Shown piece by piece: positions 1 to 6,000 of a stretch of 8,898 bases of DNA. The position numbers were made by a program, and so were the translations under genes. Below the pieces are notes generated by a model. The model made no database searches, had not been told where the DNA came from, and was given only the letters and a program-made list of their open reading frames with translations. How positions within the stretch are numbered: position 1 is the first letter of the stretch; each line of letters opens with the position of its first letter. Source of the stretch: an archaeon (GTDB taxonomy: Archaea > Iainarchaeota > Iainarchaeia > Iainarchaeales > CSSED10-239); NCBI GenBank assembly GCA_037147375.1, contig JBAWVI010000038.1:1-8898 (forward strand). Reading direction: 5' to 3'.

Positions 1-3000
1 ATACACTTTGATTTAGTGTTGCAAGATCCCAAGCATCTCCACTTACCCATGATTTTGTGTAATTAAATGAAGAAGTTCCAGCTTCTCTTGCAAATCTAGC
101 ACAATAACCTTGATATTCTGTTTTATCAAGATATTTTGATTTTAAGTAATCATCAGAATATGGAGATCTAACTGGAAGAATTCCAGAAAAGTTCCTTGTT
201 CCTATTCCTGGTGTTGTTGGAGTAGTTGGTGTTGTGCCAGGTGTAGTTGATGCACCAGAATTAATTAAGCTTGGTGCTCCAGGAATTACACATGAATCAA
301 TTCTTGCATCATCTGGTATAGATCCACCAGTGAACTTTTCAACATTAATTATATACATTGCTCTCTTGCTTGCTTCAGATTTATCTGTTCCTGTTGGAAC
401 ATTGAAATCAGGATTTTCACCAAGAGTTATCATATATAAAATATTTTTATTGAAAGTAATATTATTTCCAATAGCAACTGAATTAGATATTCCTGTTTCT
501 CCAGTTTCGCTTAATGCATAGTCTCCAGCCTTGTTACCCATAACAGTACAAACAATACCTCTAACAAGACCTGTACCAAAGTTAGCCCATTTCTTTCCTG
601 CACCTGGTTTTGTTTTTAATTTAACAGTATCTCCATTTGCTTGGATCTTATCTAAATCATCAAGACCTTGTATTGCATCATTTGAAACAAGCATTTCTGC
701 AGGATTAGCAGGATTAATTCTTGCATTTGTAGTTACACTTGTTTTTATTGCATCTAATTTACCTTTAGCTTTACTTATTCCTGCAAGTTCTCCTTCAAGT
801 TTTTTAACATTTTTATTTAAATTAAATTTAGTCCATGCTCTTGCTTTTGTTCCTTTCATTTGTGCAAGTTTATCATTAACTAATTTTTCACTTGCTGCTA
901 ACTGTTTAATTTGATCATCAATATTTTTGATCATGTCATCATATTCTGTTTTAGGAACTAAATTAATTTGATCAGTTGGATCAATAGCAGGAGTTGCTGG
1001 TGTGCCTGGTGTTGCAGGAGTACCTGGAGTACCAGGAACTGCAGGAGTTCCAGGTGTTGGTGGTGTACCTGGTGTGCCTGGTGTAAATACTGCTGGAGTA
1101 CCAACAGTACCTGGAACATAAACAAACTTCTTTGCTTGATAACTTACTAATTTATTTTTTAAGCTTAAATTATTTGGAGGGAATCCTCCTCCACCAGTAT
1201 GTGTTCCTTTCTCAATATATTCTGTTAAAATACTTACTTCTCCTTTTGATAGATTCTTGAATGCGTTTGGATCAAAAGTTCCACCAGGACTTACTCTAGC
1301 TAAAATATCATCAAACTCAGCTTCAACAGATGGGAATGCTGCATTAGTTATTGGTGAAGTAATTGTTCCAACAACTGGTTTATGATAAGTATATACTCCT
1401 GTTCCGTTCATATATCCAACATGATTTGCAAGTTGTCTTTCAAGACCAGGAACTGCTTCTGCTCCTGTTGCTGCAATTGGATTATAACTTGCAGGTGTGC
1501 CTGGAGTACCAGGTATAGTAATAGGAGCTGTTGCAGGAGTACCAGGAGTACCTGGAATTGCAGGTGTGCCTGGAGTACCAGGAATTGCTGGAGTGCCAGG
1601 AACTGCAGGAATTGCAGGTGTACCTGGTGTTGGTGGTATTATTCCAGCAGATGCAACTGTGTTTCCAGGACCATATAATGGAGTTGCTTGAGCTGTTCCG
1701 AGTGGAGTTGAATTCCACATTCTCTTTCCATCAAGACCACCAGCAGTTAATGAACTTATTCCTGCTGCGCCTGGAGTTAATGCATCACCAACTCCACCAA
1801 TTATTCCATTAAAGAAAGAACCAATTCCATCAACTGCAGATTCAGTTATCTTTGCATCCTTTCCAAATAACCATGCTAATAAATATTTATCTATTGCTTG
1901 ACTAATACTCATGTTTGTGGATGTGCTTACAAATATACTTAATGCAGGAATACCACATCCTATTCCACAATCAATTAAAATATCTTTTGCCCATTTTGCT
2001 TGACCTAAAACAGGGATCCATGCAATTATTGCATCAGCAGCAACTACACAAGCACCACAAGCAACCATACATGTTCCACCATATATACCAGCATTCTTTA
2101 CTGCTTTTGTAAGTCTTGCGTCCTTTTCAGCTTTCTGTGTGTCAAGTGTACATCCTGCTTGCTTGTAATCAAAGAATAATGATGCTTCTGGATATTCTTT
2201 ATTAAATTTAGATAATGTTTCACAGAACGTTTCTGTGTCTGTTGTATTATAACTTTTATTCCAATCAATTAATGCATAATAGGTGTATGGAATATCAACA
2301 GGCTTCTTTTCTATTTTTGCAATTGTATTTTCTGCATGCTTTAAGATCTCAATAGGAGGAACTGCACATGTTGTAAGTTTAATCTTTGCAATTGCTTGTC
2401 TTTGTGTATTAAGTTTTCCTGAATCCACATAAATACTTTTTGCAGTAATAATAATATCTTTATCTACAAACTGATTAATCTCAGGAACTGTTGTTGCAAA
2501 GCACACAGTAAAGTTTGCATCTTTTCCTTTTTCAAGTTCAAGTACTAAGTTATTATCATATCTATTTCCATTATACTTGAAATAAACTTGTAGATTTATA
2601 GGTGCTGCATAATTAATTTTAATAGTTTCAGATATTCCTGAAGTTATATTATAATCTGTACAACTTTCATTAGTTGTTATTTTCATGAGCTTATCATTAG
2701 CTGGATTAAACTTTAATTCTCCAGCAGCAATTAATTTCAAGATAAGTAAGCTATCTCCATTTTCACTAACACAAATGTCAGCCATGTCTTGCTTTGATAA
2801 GAAGTTACCAATAACTCTTGTTGCATCAGAGATTACGTTATCAGGAAGCTTCTTTTTATTATCAATTGCATATCTATCATTAATATTTATTTCAATTGTT
2901 TCTGGTTGTGGCATAGTAACAACTGTATTATCAAGATAGTATATCTTTGCAAGAGCATCTGGGTTTTCAGTTACAGCTCCAATCTTGATTTCAAGCTTAT

Positions 3001-6000
3001 TATTCTTTGATGAAAGAGAAGTTGTTTTTGCATATCTTAGTTCATCACTAAATATATTCTTTGCAACACCCTTTCCAACATTTTCATCTCCAGTTAAAAC
3101 TGTAAGCCAAGTATTAGCTGGTTTTGCTTTACTTAATTTTCTATCCCAAGGCATGTAATTTAAGAAGTTTTCAACCTTCTTATCACATTGAGCTGTTTCT
3201 TTATAATCTTCAATTAATACAAAGTAATATGCTCTATCAGGGAATAAATTTTCATAATCAGTTGCAATTACTCCATCAATTGTAACCTTGTATCTTCCAC
3301 ATCCTTTGAATCCTGAGCTTAGCATTATTTTATTTCCAGATGCGTATGCACCATAAACATCAGCAGGCATCTTATCAAATGGACTTAATTCAACCATGTA
3401 ATTTTTAAAAGAATAATTTGATTTTAAAAGTATTTCATGTAATAAGTCTGTACTAATAACATCATTCTGTAAATAGAATGTAAATGAGCTTGGTGGACTT
3501 TTTATGTTTCCTAAATTTGAAACTGCACAATATCCTCTGCTTGCTGTGCTTGTACAACCAGTGCTAATTACTTTATTTGAATATTGAGCTGAAATAGATT
3601 TAACATTTAAAGATAATTCATCTATCTTCTTTAAAATTAATTCTCCAGCAAGGTATGCATCACAATATCCGTTTTGTCCAGTACATTCTGTGTTTGCAAC
3701 AATTGGGAAAGTTAAGGTTCTTACTTCATTTACTTTTCCACAAACAGGAACTTCTGCGCTTGTTGATTGTTCCATATCTATTAACTCATCTTTATTTTCT
3801 GAATTAATGGTTATTGAGGTTAAGATCGGTTCTGATTTAGCATATTGTCCAGAGTTTGCAAGTTGTCCAATAAGGTTTACAGGCATTAATGGTGAACCTC
3901 CAAAGTTGTTTGCAGTTAATCTTAAAGCATATGTTGCAGTTCCATTAACAGGAATTGCAGAACCCATAATGTTTCCAGATACAGGATAAAGCATTAATGG
4001 ATTATTACCAAATGTTTGAGTATAAAGATTATTACTTTTATCTATTCCTCTAATAATTATTGGTTCAGCACATGCATTTGTTAAAGTTACGTTTCTTGTT
4101 TTTGTTTCTCCAACATTTAAAGTATAATCAAGCTTGTTTGGAGCAACCTTTATACAATTAGGAGAAGATATTATAAAATAAATATTTACTTTTGTTGTAA
4201 TTGGACTTTTAATTCCAACTGCTTTTCCAGTAATAGTATAATACATATCATCTATTGTTCTTGCATTAATCTTTACTTGGAATTTTAAATCAATTGGTAT
4301 TTCTTTACCTGGTAATAATATAGCAACCTCTCTTGGATATTCAGTAACTCCAATATTTGCTGAAACTATTTCAGGATATTTACTTAATTGTATATCTGTT
4401 ATTGGAATTTTTCCAAGATTTCTAATCATGAATCTACTTGAAGTAATTCCTGCTTCTTGTTCATTCATTTGTGAGATTGGAACATAGATTACTTGTGGAG
4501 CAACCCATAAAGCTTTTGAAACATCAAGTAAAGAAACATTTAAAGTTGTATTTGAAACTGTGTAATATGGATTTCTCCAAATGATTTCATAATTGTATGT
4601 TTTAATTTGTTTTCTTGCTTCTGGATTTTTAATATTAATTGTATATTCTGTTTCTTCTCCTGGAAGAATTGTAATTTGAGTTAAACCTATATCAAGCTTG
4701 TTGTTTGAACTTGATTTTATTGATTTAAGTTCAGGAGTAATTATTAATGTTTTATCACAATTATTTTGGATAAGTACAGGGAAATTATTTTCAGCATCAG
4801 CTTCAAGTCCAACATATGTGTCTATTTTATTTGGTGTGATTACTAAACAATTATTTGTTTGAAGTCCTCTAATAACTCTAACATTTATTAATTTAGAAAC
4901 TTGTCTATTTCCAAATAATCCATAGATAGGTATTTTTCCACTAGCTGTTTTAAATTTACTATCTTTTGAAACTGTTGCAGTTGCAATGAATTCTCCATCT
5001 CCTCTTTTTGCAAATCCAATTGGACCTGCAACATCAACAGTTAGTGTATCAACTGGATCTGTCCAAATAACGTTACCAATTGTTACACTTGAAATGACAA
5101 AGTCACTTGTGTTCTTTAATTTAAAGGTTACTGAATCACTAATGTCTTCAGTTCCAAGATTTAAAAGAATCTCACTTGGGCCTGTAAGAATTGCATCATC
5201 TGCAACAACAAGCTCTCTTGAGTAAGGTGCATATCCATGTGCACTTACTATAACTATGATTTTATTAACTACAAACTTATTAGTAATATTATATTTACCA
5301 TTCTTTCCATTTACTTTACTACCTTTAATTGAAGTAATGAACTGTCCTTTATCATCATTGATTGTTATAAGTGCATTTTCAATTGGAGTTCCAGTTGCTG
5401 AATCATAAACTTCAATGTTTAAAGGATCTCCATATGGAAGAACAACATCAGGATTAAATACAACTCTTAATTCACGTCTATCAAATATATTAAAACTAAT
5501 TTTTTCTGTTCTTGCATTTATTCCTCCACCTGAATATTTGAAATTAACATATGATACTCCAAGTGCTTTTGTAACAAAGAAGAAATAAACTTTCTTTCTT
5601 ACTCCACCTTCAAGAACAATCTTATCTTTTGTAATTGTAAATTCATTTGCGTTTTCAATACCATAATTAGATGGGAAAACTAAACTATCACCTGCAGAAA
5701 TAAATGAAATGATAGGTAAGGTTGTAGATGTTTCTGCATCAATTACAACTTCTCTATTCTTTTCTGAAAATAAATTTAATTCAATTGCATAAATATCATT
5801 AGTTAGTCCAAAGAATTCATCTTTAGTATACTTAATTAAATTTGAATCTATAAACTCATAAGAAATACATAAGTCATTTACACAATCTAAAGGAACATCA
5901 AATAAATTAACTTCAACTTCCTTTGTGTCTGAATAAAGTGCTTGTTTTCTTGAGTTTGAAAATGTTTGTCCAAGAGTATCGTCTTTTGGATCTCTAAAAT

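Noticed and set aside
986-1636. Collagen-like triple-helix repeat (G-X-Y)
   Set aside because: Gly is not maintained at every third position. The register is repeatedly broken by Ala and other residues (GTP-GTP-AIP-GTP-GTP-ATA...), and each run of true GXY is only two triplets long. It is better described as a Pro/Thr/Gly linker.
2048-2071. C-x3-C-x2-C spacing (C2069, C2073, C2076), identical to the radical-SAM 4Fe-4S motif spacing
   Set aside because: The motif is embedded in a strongly hydrophobic segment of a predicted extracytoplasmic protein. It lacks the aromatic residue before the last Cys and any surrounding radical-SAM elements. I treat it as a coincidence of a Cys-rich hydrophobic stretch.
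968-2112. Cluster of overlapping track ORFs in several frames: 968..1150 +, 1382..1678 +, 1497..1691 +, 1531..1812 +, 1915..2112 + and 1482..1718 -. This includes an elastin/collagen-looking GVPGVPGIAG peptide.
   Set aside because: They coincide with the PGTP-coding repeats, or in the case of 1915..2112 with the hydrophobic-hairpin coding region. Codon strings such as cca-ggt-act-cct are nearly self-complementary and stop-poor, so every frame on both strands stays open. Only the giant frame continues open on both sides of the repeats.
4997-5005. RGD tripeptide (AKRGDGEF, aa 1091-1093)
   Set aside because: A tripeptide is expected by chance in a protein of this size. Integrin-type recognition has no obvious relevance in this prokaryote-like context.
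234-5225. Plus-strand track ORFs 234..521, 531..914, 2685..2939, 3690..3989 and 4986..5225
   Set aside because: All lie antisense inside the continuous 2,758-codon minus-strand frame. Their translations are low-complexity and hydrophobic or Ser/Leu/Phe-rich, as expected for the reverse complement of an A-rich coding strand. None has convincing start signals. They are shadow ORFs.
5681-5692. GDSL motif after a beta-strand (IISFISAGDSLVF), reminiscent of SGNH/GDSL hydrolase block I
   Set aside because: Only about 70 residues follow before the next beta-sandwich unit, and I find no GxND or DxxH blocks. There is not enough room or motif support for an SGNH domain.
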